From the NCBI RefSeq assembly GCF_009914755.1, contig NC_060945.1: a DNA stretch of 64,000 nt; one strand, given 5' to 3'. Shown here piece by piece: positions 30,079-43,989 of the stretch; the stretch's first letter is position 1; every line of letters starts with the position of its first letter. Made by a program: the position numbers and the translations under genes. Under the pieces are notes generated by a model. It saw nothing but the letters and a program-made list of their open reading frames with translations. It was not told the DNA's origin and did not search any database. Origin of the DNA: the human T2T-CHM13v2.0 reference genome, Homo sapiens.

Positions 30079-31462
30079 CTTTTTTCATTATTTAGAGGAT
30101 ACTTTATTAGTTTCTGTAACCAAACTCATGTAGATAAGACCTTACATATTTAATATAGTGTGTTACCCCTGTACAAATGGAAAAATATTAAGTTTAATGT
30201 TTCTAGACCAATATGGCTGTTAATTTCTGTACAACGCCAACTTAACACAGTAAACTGGGATACTTTTTCCAAAGGTCACAGCACAGCTGAAGTTTCCAAA
30301 AATTCAAATTATATATATATATTTGTATATATATTTTTATATAAAAAGACCAATAATAGCAGTATGTTATACATCAATAACAGCAACAGCTTTTCTAGGT
30401 TCTGCGGTCATCTGAACAAAATTATAGAGACATCCAGCACACTCCATTTAAAAAAAGTCAGGGGGTTGGGGAAAGGTAAAAAACAAATCCCCAGAAAATT
30501 GCAAAGTTCTGTTACTGTTATGGTACTGGCACCATTTTTTAAAATTAGCTTCTGAATCATCATCTGGAAAGAAAACATTCTAGAATAACATCCTTAAAAA
30601 TAGCTCTGATAAAGCATGGTCACTACTACATATCAATAAGCAGGTACAAGACATTTTACAATCACACAGGTATGACACAGAACTGTCCTATGCCAATAGA
30701 TAGAGGATACAATTAAAAAGGCATTACTTGGCCGGGCACGGTGGCTCATGCCTGTAATCCCAGCACTTTGGGAGGCTGAGGCAGGCGGATCACCTGAGGT
30801 TGGGAGTTCAAGACCAGCCTGACCAACATGGAGAAACCCTGTCTCTACTAAAAATAGAAAATTAGCTGGGCATGGTGGTGCATGCCTGTAATCCCAGCTA
30901 CTCGGGAGGCTGACGCAGGAGAATTGCTTGAACCCAGGAGGCGGTGAGCAGAGATGGCGCCACCGCACTCCAACCTGGGCAACAAGAATGAAACACATGA
31001 AGAACATAGAAGCCCAAATTGAGAGACATTCCACAAAATAATCAAAAATCCTCAAAACTCAATGTCATGAGTACTAAATTAATTAATTAATTAACTAAGT
31101 AACATGATCTAAAAAAAAAAAAAGGCATTATTTGAGACTTGATTCTACTTTTCCAGCAGAGGGCCCAAAGGATGGCATGACACAGCTCTGTAAAGAAAGG
31201 CACTTTCTTAGGATTTCCTTTAATTAGTGACACAGTTCTAGGTCTCACTGTTCTTCATGAACACCAGCTAAAAACTGGTTTAAAAAAAAAAGGAAAGAAA
31301 AGGGAAAGGAAAAAAAAGAAAAGAAAAAAACCCCAAAACCATGGGATTCATACAAAGATGACTGAGTGGGGGCAAGAAAGACTCAGCCTAACTAGTATTT
31401 TACCAAATCTGACACGTTTGAATGATGAGAGCTCCATGGAAGAAAGGAGATGCTAAGAGGTG
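30079..31462 (-). pseudogene. Processed retrocopy of an mRNA 3' UTR (parent not identified), interrupted by an Alu
   Basis: Degraded poly-T at 30076-30093; TTTATT (AATAAA on minus) at 30103-30108; non-repeat UTR-like body; TSD AA(G/T)AAGCACACTTT at 30065-30078 and 31463-31476. Confidence 0.8.
30730..31123 (+). mobile_element. AluSp-like with a ~115-bp foreign insert just before the A tail
   Basis: Alu body to ~30994; tail 31111-31123; TSD AAAAAGGCATTA on both sides. Confidence 0.93.
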
Positions 31463-31689
31463 AATAAGCACACTTTTAATGGTCACATGTCTACATTACA
31501 CTGGGCCCTTGTTGGGATTTTTTGCATTAAAAAATATCTTTTTAGTGTCTACCTACTTCATGCTAACTGCTATTCTACAGACACAATGATAAACAAGACC
31601 AATAACTTACAATCTAGTGAACAGGCATTATCACCTTCTCACTCCTGCAAAGCTGATATTAAAACCCCATCTTGGTCATCCCTGAGCAC

Positions 31690-32588
31690 TCCAAGGTCTA
31701 CAAAGCAGGTAGAGATGCTAGGACGGGAACTAAATGCAGAAAACAGATCAGAGTTGCCAGGGGGTGAGGGGCAGGGTGGACAACTACAAAAGAGACGCAC
31801 AGGACAATTTTTAGCTGAATGTAGTGTTCTACATGTACTATGGTGATGGATACATGCTTCTGTGCATTTTCAAATGCCATTGCAATGTATCTCACAAAGA
31901 ATGAAGTTCAATGTAGGCAAAAATGTTAAAAATCAACCAGGAGGTCATGGAATCTCAGGAGGTAATGCAGACAGTGATAAATTGTATTACAAATGTATCA
32001 CATAATCCAGTTAGCAGCAAGCACACCAACACCAGATATTGGCTTCTAAATACCATTCTCTGACAAAAGAAACCAGAGCACTGGAGAAATGTTTGATTCT
32101 AGGGCTGGGACAGGGAAAATGCAAAATGAGCCTGGAGTATTGTGTAGTATCAAGAAAGGAAGTGCTCAAAAAACAGAAGGATGGAGGCAGGTCAAAAGGA
32201 CATGACAGCCAAACTGAAAGAGTTCCCAGTGGCCAAAGCTGGAACAAATTGAGTACTAAATTAATTAATTAATTAACTAAGTAACATGATGCTAAATTGC
32301 AATCCAAAGCATAAAATAATTATACATGAGTCCATACTGATATAAATTTATTCATATAATTAAATAAATATGTAAATAAGGGAGAAAAGATATAGCTTTC
32401 TTAAAAAAGAATTCGAAATAATTATGTAGATACTCCCCTTCGAGAGATGGAGTCTAGTGCTACCTCCCTGTGCTTGAACCTGGGTGGATCTTTATGACTT
32501 GCTTCCAAAGAAGAGAATATGGAAGGGAGAAAGGGTAACTTTACAGTGGAGAAAACTTCCAATTACTACCTTGACTGAGTGATCAAGG
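31690..32588 (+). mobile_element. L1MC3-like 3' region, truncated at ~32588
   Basis: GGCTTCTAAATACCATTCTCTGACAAAAGAAACCAGAGC; AACTTTACAGTGGAGAAAAC...GTGATCAAGG. Confidence 0.8.
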
Positions 32589-32745
32589 AGAGGCAAGGGC
32601 TGAAAAACTACCTGTTGGTTAGTAGTTCACTATTTGGATGATGGGCTCGAGAGTAATTCAAACCTCAGCATGATATAATGCTTAGCATTTACTACCATGT
32701 AATAAACCTGCACATTTATCCCCTGAATCTAAAAGAAAAAAAATT
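32589..32745 (+). mobile_element. L1PA13-16/L1PB-type 3' terminus
   Basis: AGGGCTGAAAAACTACCTGTTGG...AAACCTGCACATTTATCCCCTGAATCTAAAAGAAAAAAAA. Confidence 0.8.
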
Positions 32746-32849
32746 TAAAGAAATTTCCAAGTTCTCAAACTGAGCTTAATGAAGACCACAAATTAGTCTT
32801 GACTTTTCTCAATCCCTGACTGTATTGAGATGTTCTTCTCTTCTGTTGT

Positions 32850-34612
32850 CTGCCAGAGTATAGGGTGAATCTTCTCTGGAGGTAGATAATATGATCCAGA
32901 GCTCTATAATTTATTATGTACAACATCCAGCCTTCAATTGAAAATTATCAGACATACCAAAAAACAGGACCAAAAGAACAACTAGAGAATAGACTTACAG
33001 GTTCCCATATGCTGAAATTATCTGATATAGATTTTAAAATAACTGTAATTAATATGTTGAGAAACTAGATTACCAGATGAAGTTTTCACCCAGATAATTG
33101 GAATTTATTTTTTAAACACAATGGAAATTATAAAACTAGAAATTACAAAACTGAAATTAAAAACATAACATGAGGTTAATAGTAGATTAAACATAGCAAA
33201 AATGAAGATTGGTGAGCTGCAAGATAGGTCAGCAGAAAATATCCTTACTGGGGCATAGAGAGCAAAATGAATAAAAAAACCAAAAACAGCATAAGAGACA
33301 TGTACCACACAGTGAAAGACTTAACATCCATGTAATTGTAACAATATATGCAGAAATAATGGTCAAGGATTTTTCCAAATGAATTAAAGACATCAAACCA
33401 CAGATTCAAAAAGTATTACAAACTCTAAGCAAAGCAAGCAAAGAAAATCATACCTTCTCACATAATATTAAACTGTCAGAAGCCAAAGACAAGGAAAAAA
33501 GTCTGTTTAACTGCCTGAGAAAAATATATGTATTATTTTCCAAGGAGAAAACATAAGACTGACATCTCAGCAAAAATAATGGATACAGAAGACAATAGGA
33601 CGTTGTTATGGACTGAACGATTGTGTCCCCCCAAAATTCTCATGGTGAAGCCCTAGTTCCCAATGAATGATGTTTGGAGGTGGGGTCTTTGGGAGGTAAT
33701 TAGGTCATGAAAGTGGAGCCCTCACAAATGGCCCTCATATATATCTCTTATGCTTCCCTTATATGAAGAGATGTAATAGAGATGATCAATCTCTCTCTAC
33801 CACATGAGGAGACAGCAAAAAAGGCAGCCATCTGCAAGCGAAAAAGAGGGCTCCAACCAGGAACCACATTGGCTTGCATCTTGATCTCATACTTGCTGGC
33901 CTTCAGAACTATGAGAATTAAATGTCTGTTGTTTAAGCCACTCAGTTTGTGATATTCTGTTATCCCAGCCCAAGCAGACAAAAACATATGTCATCTTCAA
34001 AGTACTAAAAGAAAATAAATGTCAACAGAGAAATCTACATCCAGAAATAACATCCAATAAAAATGAGAAAGAAATGAAGGAGTTTTTCTAATGTCTACCA
34101 GGAGACTTATGTTAAAAATGGACTTATTTAGACAGACAGAAATGTATGAAGGAATTAAAGGGAACAGGAATGGTAAATATATTGCTGAAACTAAATTTTA
34201 TATTGACTAGATGAAATAATAATAATATGTGGTACAGTTTCTTATATTGTAAAATAAAAATGCATTGTAAAGGGTAGAAAAGAGGGAAATCAAGTCAAAG
34301 TGTTGTAAGGCCCTAGCATTAATCTGGGAAGGGCAAAGGTACTAATTAATAGTAGTCTTTAAAATGACAGTTGTGATATTTAAAGTGATCACTGAAAGAG
34401 TAGTAAAAAAATATGCATGTAACTAATAAGCTAGCATTGGGAAAAACACTAAAACACAATCTTTTTAAAGCATAAAATGAGGAAAAAAGGAAAATAAGAA
34501 ATAAGCAGCAAACAGAGTATAACTAGTAGGATGATGGATATGTACCTGAATATGTCAGTAATTTAATCAGTGTAAACAATCTACATACTTCAATTAAAAA
34601 TCAAAGATTGGT
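32850..34612 (+). mobile_element. Old L1ME 5'/ORF1 remnant
   Basis: Degenerate L1 ORF1-type A-rich sequence (AAAGACATCAAACCACAGATTCAA; TCATCTTCAAAGTACTAAAAGAAAA). Confidence 0.75.
33604..33987 (+). mobile_element. MLT1A0-like LTR
   Basis: TGTTATGGACTGAACGATTGTGTCCCCCCAAAATTC...AAATGTCTGTTGTTTAAGCCACTCAGTTTG. Confidence 0.88.
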
Positions 34613-37121
34613 AAGGCACTTCTGGATTGATGGGGCCCTCCAAAATTCCACTCCTCCATAAAAGCGCAGAGAACAACAGAAGCAGAATTGGTCAAAATCA
34701 CCTATGTCAGAACTCTGGAAATTAACCAAAGGCTAACCAATATGAGGTGCATTTATTCAAGAAAAATAGCTGAATCTTAGTAAGGATAACAATCTTTGTG
34801 GTTTTTTAACTTGCCCTGGTCCCACCCCCACCCCTACCTTTCAGCTTAAAAACCAGCAGCCTCACAAGCACGGCAGCTGTGAAGAACAGCAGTCTAGCAG
34901 CCACTGGAAGGGGCATAACAGATTTGAAACCCTCTAAAAAAACTCATTCCCAGAGAGTTGTCACTATATGGCCCTTCTAGCAACTCCCTGGAAAAGCCCC
35001 ATTCATAAAGCCCCTCTTTATTTGACCTGACTCAGAGCTCACTCAGTGGGCATTTGTCAAAATCATCAGTGCCAATTAATTAACATCACAGCTGCCTCAA
35101 GTGGCAAAACTAGTTGGGCCAAATGAGAGGCTGGCAGAAAACTCAAAAGGAAAATATGGAAAACGAGATGTCCATAGGGAACTTTGAAAAATCTAAAAGG
35201 CCATGAGCATGGCTAGGATTTCATGCATGCCCAGGAAATATCTGAGAAAACCCTAATCTCTTACCGGTGTCTAACCTTGAGGCTTTGTACAAGCAGGAAA
35301 TGAAGGCAAAGGCAGAATTGTAAGCCACTGAACACTGAAGATATACCCCGACACACACACACAGAGCCCCTCAACTTAAAATGAGAGCTATACTGGTTCA
35401 AGGCATTTGAGGAAACCTCTGTCTAATAATCATATGAACATTAAGTTAGTCAAGTAGAAGCTTTAGTGGCCACACACAACAAAGAATAAAACTTCACGGA
35501 ATAAGCCCAGGAAAGTCACTAGAAAAACAAACAACAACAACAATAAAAAACAACAACAAAACTTGAAGAGCAAGGAAGAATCTGACTTCCAGAGTGGCTG
35601 CATTCTATTATTTTTAATGTCCAGTATTCACAAAAAAGTATAAGATATGAAAATAAATAGGAAAATATAGCCTATATATAGGAAAAACAGTCAACAGAAA
35701 CTATCCCTGAATAAGCCCAGATATTGAACTTGCTAGACAAATACTTTAAACAAACTATTATAAATATGTTCAAAGAACTAAAAGAAACTGTATCCAAAGA
35801 CTTAGAGAAACATCTCACCAAAAAGAAAATTACTGGGTATATACCCAAAGAAAAACAAACTATTCTACCAAAAAGACACCTACACTCATATTTTTATCAC
35901 AGCACTATTCAAATAGAAAACACATGGAATCAACCTAGGTGCTCATCACTGATGGATTAGATAAAGAAAATGTGGTACTTTGGAATACTACAGAAAATCC
36001 CCATTCATAAGGCCCTTCTTTATTTGACCAGACTGAGAGCCCACTCAGTGGGCATTTGTAAAACACCATCAGTGCCAATTAATTAACATCACAGCTGCTT
36101 GTGATGTTATATTTATATAGAAAATATAAGAAATGGAAATTCTGGAGTAGAAAAGTAGAATAACTAAATTGAAAATTTCAGTAGAGGGGCTGAATAGAAG
36201 ATTTGAGATGGCAGAAGAAAAAAATAGAAAGACTGAAGATATATCCATTGGAAGGACATAAGGAATAGAAAGGGGAAAAAATTAAGAAAAACTAACATAG
36301 CCTCATAGACTTGTAGGACAACATCAAGCCTACCAACATACACATAATGTGAGTCCCAAAAGGAATATAGGTTATTCTATATTATAGAATAGATATAGAA
36401 TAATGTCAATAAAATACTAGTGAACGAAATCAAGCAGCATATAAAAGGATTATACATCAAGACCAAGTGGGATTCATCCCAGGAATGTAAGGTTAGTTTA
36501 ATACCCAAAAATCAATCAACATAATATACAATATTCATAGAATAAAGCTGAGGGGGGAAACATATGATCATCTCAATAGATACAGAAAAAGCATTCGACA
36601 AAATCCAACATCTTTTTATAATAAAACACCCTACAAACTAAGAATAGAAAGAAACTTCTTCAGCCTGATAAAGGGCATCTAGGAAAAAACCTACAGTTAT
36701 CATTATACTTAATGACGAAAGACTGAATGCTTTCCCTTAAGGTCAGGAAGAAGACAAGGATGTCCATTCTTGCCTCTTCTATCCAACATTATACTGGAGG
36801 GTTTAGGTAGTGCCATTAGGCAAGAAAACGAAATAAAATGTGTCCAGATTGAAAAGGAAGAATTAAATATCTCCATTAGCAGATGGTATGATCTTCTGTA
36901 TAAAAAGATCCTAATGAATCTGCAAATAAAACTGTCAGAACTAATAAATGAATTCATCAAAGTTGAATTCAACAAGATAGTCTACAAGATCAATATACAA
37001 AATTCAATTGTAGTTCTATACACTGACAATAAACTGTTTGAAAAACATTTTATAAACAATTCTATCTATAATAGCACCAAAAAGAATAAAATACTTAGAA
37101 ACAAATTTAACAAAACAAGTA

Positions 37122-37466
37122 CAGTTATGTTTCACTTAATGACAGGGACACATTCTGAGAAATGTCTTTAAGACAATTTCATCATTGTATGCACATCATA
37201 GAGTGTACTTACACAAACCTAGATGGTGTAGCCTGCTACACAACTAGGCTATATGGTATAGCCTATTGCTCCTAGGCTACAAACCTATATAGCACATTAC
37301 TTGACTGAATACTGTAGGCAATTTTAATACAATTATAAGTACTTGTGTATCTAACCCTCTAAACACAGAAAAGCTACAGTAAATATACAGTATTATAATC
37401 TTATGGGATCACTGTCATACATCCAGTCCACAATTGACTGAAACATTGTTATACGGCACATGATTG
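37122..37466 (+). mobile_element. Tigger3a-like TcMar DNA transposon
   Basis: CAGTTATG...CATGATTG termini with TA TSD; ATAGAGTGTACTTACACAAACCTAGATGG. Confidence 0.9.
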
Positions 37467-37612
37467 TACAAGATTTGCAAACTGAGAACTAGAAAACATT
37501 GTTGAAACAAATAAGAGAAGACCTAAAAACATGCAAAGATACCATCCCATGTTCATGGATCAGAAAACTTCATACTGCCAGAAGGACAAGACTCCCCTAT
37601 ATTGGTCTATGG

Positions 37613-38194
37613 AACTTAGTAGCAAGAAAACAAGCTTATTTTAAAATGGGCAAAGGACTTGAATAGCCATTTCTCTGAAGAAGACATAAAAATGGCCAAA
37701 AGGTATATGAAAAGGCACTCAATTTCACTAATCAACAGAGAAGTACAAATTAAAGCCACAAGGAGATATCACCTCACACCTTTTAGGATGGCTATTATCA
37801 AAAAGACACATGATAACAAGTGTTGGTGAGGGTGTAGAGAAAATGAAACCCTTGTACTCTGTTGATAGGAATATAAATTGCTGCAACCTTCATGGAAAAT
37901 AGTATGTAGATTCTTCTAAAAATTAAAAATAGATCTATCATAGGATACAATAATCCTTTTTCTGGGCATATACCCAAAGGAAACAAAATCAGTGCTTCAT
38001 AGAGATATCCGTGCTTCCGTGTTCATTGCAGCATTATTCACAATAGCCAAGATATGGTAACATCCTAAGTGTCTGTCAACAGATGAATGGATAAAGAAAC
38101 TGTGAATAATATTCCATTTGACTATAGTAACACTTCACTATGTATATCAAAACATCATGTTGTACACCCTAAGAATATACAATTTTTAAAAACC
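37613..38194 (+). mobile_element. L1MA-type 3' fragment nested in the older L1
   Basis: AAAATGGGCAAAGGACTTGAATAG...TATCAAAACATCATGTTGTACACC; degenerate TSD ATTGGTCTATGG / ATTGATGTATAG. Confidence 0.75.
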
Positions 38195-39630
38195 AAATTG
38201 ATGTATAGCTTCAAAGGAATTGCTATCAAAATCCCAGATGCGTTTTCTTTCCTTTTCTTTTTCCTTTCCTTTTTTTTTTTAACAGAGACTAACAAGATGA
38301 TCCTAAAATTCATATGGAAATGCAAAGGACCAAGAATAATCAAAACAATCTTTAAAAAGAACAAAGTTGGAGCACTTACAAATCCCAGCCTCAAAACTTA
38401 ACAATAAAACAGCATGATACTGGCATAAGGATAGACCAAAATATCAATGGAATAGAATTGGGAGTTCAAAAATAAACCTTCATATTTATGGCAAATTTAT
38501 TTTTGACAAGAGTCTAACACAATCCAACAGGGAAATTGTCTTTTCAACAAATGGTGTTGGGACAACTGGTTATCCATATAAAGACAACAGAAGTTAGATT
38601 CCAACCTCACACCATAGCCAAAATTAACTCAAAATGGATCATCAACCTAAATGTGGGAGCTAAACCTATAAAACTATGAAACTGTTAGGAGAAAACTGTT
38701 GGGGTAAATCTTTGTGACTTTAGGTCAGGCAGTACTTTCTTGATTATGACACCAAAAGCATAACAAAAAAAAGATAAATCATACTTCATCAAAATTAAAG
38801 TCTTTGGTGCTTCAAAGAAGACAATCAAGAAAATGAAAAGGCAACTCATAGAATGGAAGCAACCATCATAGGAATGAATGCTCAGTATCACTAGTCATTA
38901 AGGAAGTGCAAATCAAAACCACAATAAGATACCACTTATTAGAATAGCTAGAATCAAAATCGACCATAACAAATGGGGGCAGGAATGTGGAGAATTTGGA
39001 ATCCTCATGCAATGCTGGTAGGATTATAAAATGGTGCAGTAACTTTGGAACACTGTTTGGCAGTTCCTCAAAATGTTAAGCATAGAGTTATTGTATGACC
39101 CAGCAGTTTCACTCCTACAAATATACCCAAGAGAAATGAAAATATATTTTCACACAAAAACTTGTATTTGAATGTTCCTAGCAACATTTTTTATAATAGC
39201 CAAAAAGTGGAAACAACCCAAATGTCCATCAATGGATGAATAAACAAAAGATGGTATATACATACTCTGGAATGTGATTTGGCAGTAAAATGAAGTACTG
39301 ATGATGAACCTTAAAAACAATAAGTGGAAGAAGCCAGTCACAAAGATATATTGTATGATTCCTTTTATAGGAAATACCCAGAACAGGCAAATCCACAGAA
39401 ACAGAAAAAATACATCAGTGTTTACTAGGGGCTAGGGGATGGGGGTAATGAAGAATGACTGCTAACGGATATGGGGTTTCTTTTGGGAGTAGCAATGAAA
39501 ATGATCTAAAATTAAATAGTTGTGATGATTGCAAAACTCTGTGGATATACTAAAACCACTGAATTTTATACTGTGAAGTAGTAAATTTTACTATATGTGC
39601 ATTATATGTCAATAAAATATTACTTTTTAA

Positions 39631-39927
<297 letters not shown>

Positions 39928-40128
39928 TAATTTTTAATACCAAAAATTGTCAGACTGCGTTTTTAAAACATGCATGCTGCTTATAAGATGCTCTGTATAG
40001 AAGAAAGTTGAAAGTAAAATAATGAAAAATATATACTATGCAAGCACTAATCAAAAGAATGCTGACATAGCTCTCAAACAAGGTAGACTTTAAGACAAGA
40101 AGCACTGCTAGAGCTATAGATGAACACT

Positions 40129-40200
40129 ACCCATGGCATATGTTTACCTATGTAGCAAACCTGCACATCCTGCACATGTACCCCGGAACTTAAAATAAAA
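40129..40200 (+). mobile_element. Very short 5'-truncated L1PA insertion
   Basis: CCATGGCATATGTTTACCTATGTAGCAAACCTGCACATCCTGCACATGTACCCCGGAACTTAAAATAAAA; TSD AGATGAACA at 40118-40126 and 40201-40209. Confidence 0.88.
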
Positions 40201-40622
40201 AGATGAACATTTCTCAATGAATAAGTGGTCAATTTCCCAGGAAGATACAACAAAACTTGCATGTGTTTAATAACACAGCTTCAAAATATACAAAACAAAA
40301 TTGAAAGAGCTAAAAGAAATAGTAAACAAATCCACAATCACAGTAAGAGTCATTAACACACCATCCTCAGTAACTAATAAGACAAGCAGAAAAATGACAG
40401 TAAGAATGATGAAAACTTGAACATGATTAGCCAACTTCACAAGTGACATACTGGGAACATAATATTCAATGACATAGAATATACATTCCCTTCTCAAGGA
40501 CACATAAGATATTTATTAAAACAGACCATATCCTGGTCATAACACAAGTCTCAAATATAAGAGAACTGAAATCACTCAGAGTAAATTTTCTAAACACTAT
40601 GGAATTAAGCTAGAAATAAATA

Positions 40623-42116
40623 CAGTCATGCATTGCTTAACAACAGGGATACATTCTGACAAATATGTAGTTGGACAAGTTTGTTATTGAGCAAACATCA
40701 TAGAGTGTACTTACACAAACCTAGATAGTATAACCTACTACACACCTAGGCTATATGGTATAGACTATTGCTCCCAGGCTACTAACCTATATAGCAGGTT
40801 ACCAGACTGAATATTTTAGGCAGTTGTAACACAATGGTAAGTATCTGTGTATTTAAACATACCCAAACATATAAAGATACAGTAAAAAATGATATTAAAA
40901 ATATCAAAATGGTACATCCATATATGGCACTTACCATGCCTGAACGGAGCTTGCAGAACTAGAAGTCACTCTGAGTGGGGAGTGAATGTGAAGGTCTCAG
41001 ACATTCTTGTACGCTACTGTAGACTTTACAAACATTGTACACTTAGGTCACACAAATTTATAAAAATATATTTTATTTCTTCAAGAATAAACCTTAGCTT
41101 ACTGTAACTTTTTTACTTTATAAACTTTTTAATTTTTTTTTTAACTTTTTGGCTCTTTTGTAATAACACTTAGTTTAAAACACAAACACACCGGCTGGGC
41201 ACAATGGCTCACTCCTGTAATCCCAGCACTTTGGGAGGTCGAGGTGGGTGGATCATGAGGTCAGGAGTTCTAAACCAGCCTGCCCAACATAGTGAAACCC
41301 GGTCTCTACTGAAAAAAAAAAAAAAAAAGTAGCTGGGCGTGATGGTGGGTGCCTGTAATCCCAGCTACTACTTAGAAGGCTGAAGCAGGAGAATCACTTG
41401 AACCTGGGAGGTGGAGGTTTCAGTGAGCCAAGATCACACCATTGCACTCCAGCCCAGGTGATAGTGAGAGACTCCATCTCAAAAAAAAACAAAAACAAAA
41501 ACAAAACAACACATTTTACAGCTATACAAAAATTTTTTTCTTTATATTCTTATTCCATATGCCTTTCTGTTTTAATTTTTTTATTTTTAAACTTTTTTGT
41601 TAAAAACTAAGACACAAACACATACATGAGCCTAGGCCTACACAGAGTAGGATCCTTAATCCCACAGTCTTCCGCCTCCACATTTCACCCCACTGGCAGG
41701 TCTCCACACAATAACATGCATGGAGCTGTCTATGATAACAATGCTGTCTTCTGGAATACCTCCCGAAGGACATGCCTGAGGCTGTTTTACAGTTAACTTT
41801 TTAAATAAGTAGAACGAGTACACTCTAAAATAACTAAAAAGTATAATATACTAAATACATAAACTAATAACATAGTTGTTTATTATCATTATCGAGTATT
41901 ATGTACTATATGTAATTGTATGTGCTATACTTTTATACAACTGGCAGCATGATAGGTTTGCTTACAGCAGCACATAGTTCATTGAGCTATGATGTTACAA
42001 CGGATATGACATCACTAGGTGATAGGGTTTTTTCAGCTCCATTATAATCTTATAGAACCATCACTGTATATGCAAACTATCATTGACCAAAATGTTATTA
42101 TGTGGTGCACAACTTT
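40623..42116 (+). mobile_element. Tigger3b-like DNA transposon containing an Alu
   Basis: Start TA|CAGTCATGCATTGCTTAACAACAGGGATACATTCTG; left arm homologous to the 37122 element; end GACCAAAATGTTATTATGTGGTGCAC. Confidence 0.88.
41193..41508 (+). mobile_element. AluS
   Basis: Full Alu with an (AAAAAC)n tail. Confidence 0.96.
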
Positions 42117-43570
42117 AGCTAAAAATCCCTAGGAAATCTTCAAATATTTGTAAGCTATATTGTTTAATTTAAAAAATTCCCTTTTAAATGAATGATAATG
42201 TAAACATGACCTATCAAAACTTGTGAGTTACAGCTAATGCTGTAAAGAGGGGGAATTTATAGCTTTAAAAGTGTACGTATTAGAAAATAAGAAAGGCTGA
42301 AAAATCAGTTGTCTAAAGATCCATCTCAAGAAGTTAGAAAACAGCAGGAACATAAAACAAGAGAAAGTGGAAGGAAGGTAATAATAAAGAAAAGAGCAAA
42401 AATTAACAACATAGAAGAAAAGCGTATAACAACTGAATATCAACAAGGCAAAACTTGATTCTTCAAAAATCAAGTGAAAAAAAAAAGTGAAAGAAGAAAT
42501 AGCACAGATACTACACAAAACTATCCCAGAGAATAGAAAAAGAGAGTATTCATACAAAACCATTTTATGAGGATGAAATAATATGGGTACCAAAGCGTGA
42601 TGAAGACATTACAAGAAGAGAAAATTACATTCCATGGGTTGAGCTGGGGGTAATAAAAGACAGTGAGAAAGAGAGAGAGAAAAAATTTCAGGAAAATCTC
42701 TCTCATGAAAGCAGATGCAAAAATCCTAAATAAAATAGTAGCAAGTCAGATCCAGTGATAAATAAAAAGGAGAATCCTTCGTGATCAAGTGGGTTTATTC
42801 CAGATAGACGATGCCTGTTTAAAAATTAAAACTCAGTTAATGAGTTTACCATATTAACATAATAAATAAGTTAAATTATAAGACCATCTTAATAAATGCA
42901 GAAAAGCATCCAATAAAATTTCATCTCTATTCATGGTAAAACCTTTAGCAAACTAGGAATAGAAAATAACTTTCTCAATCTAATAATAGTATCTTTAAGA
43001 AAAACACCTACATCAAATATGATACTGATGATGCATTACTGAAAACTTTCCATCTGAGATCAAGAATAAAACAAGAATCCCTGCTTTCACTGTAACTATA
43101 TTGTACTAGAAGTTCCAGCCATTGAAAAAAGGCAGGAAAAAATGCAAGTATTGGAAAGTAAGAAATGAAACGTCATTATTCCCACACAACATAATCACAA
43201 CATAATTGTATGTATAAAACTCTGAAGAACTTGCAGACAGTTGAGTAATTTTAGCAAGGTCATTGGATATAAGGTCAATTTAAAAATCAATTGTATTTTA
43301 TATATAAGGAATGAACAATTAGAAAATGAAATTTTAAAAACAGCATTTACAATAGCACGGAAAATCAGAATCGTGGGAATAAACCCAAAGAAAATTTTTC
43401 TATACAGAAACTACAAAACTAATATTGCTAATATTATATTATTAATTAGTAATTATTAGTAAGTAAAGAGAGAGATGATGTTCATGAATGGAAAGAGTCA
43501 ATATTATGCAGATGTCAGTTATCTCCAAATTGATCTATAGATTCAATGTAATCCCAATAAAAATCCTGGC

Positions 43571-43929
<359 letters not shown>

Positions 43930-43989
43930 TAAAATTTACATGGAAATGCAGAGAGACCAAAAAAAGCCAAGACATTTTCATAGAAGAAA

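Larger units (their letters stand above)
34615..39625 (+). mobile_element. Internally deleted L1M/L1MB element (5' region, part of ORF1, ORF2 RT remnant, 3' end)
   Basis: HMIISIDTEKAFDKIQ-like at ~36560; GRRQGCPF at ~36745; ORF 36770-37171 resembles L1 RT; AATAAA at ~39611. Confidence 0.88.

Noticed and set aside
36770-37171. ORF similar to reverse transcriptase
   Set aside because: Fragment of a dead L1 ORF2; the catalytic FADD motif is degraded and the frame runs into Tigger3.
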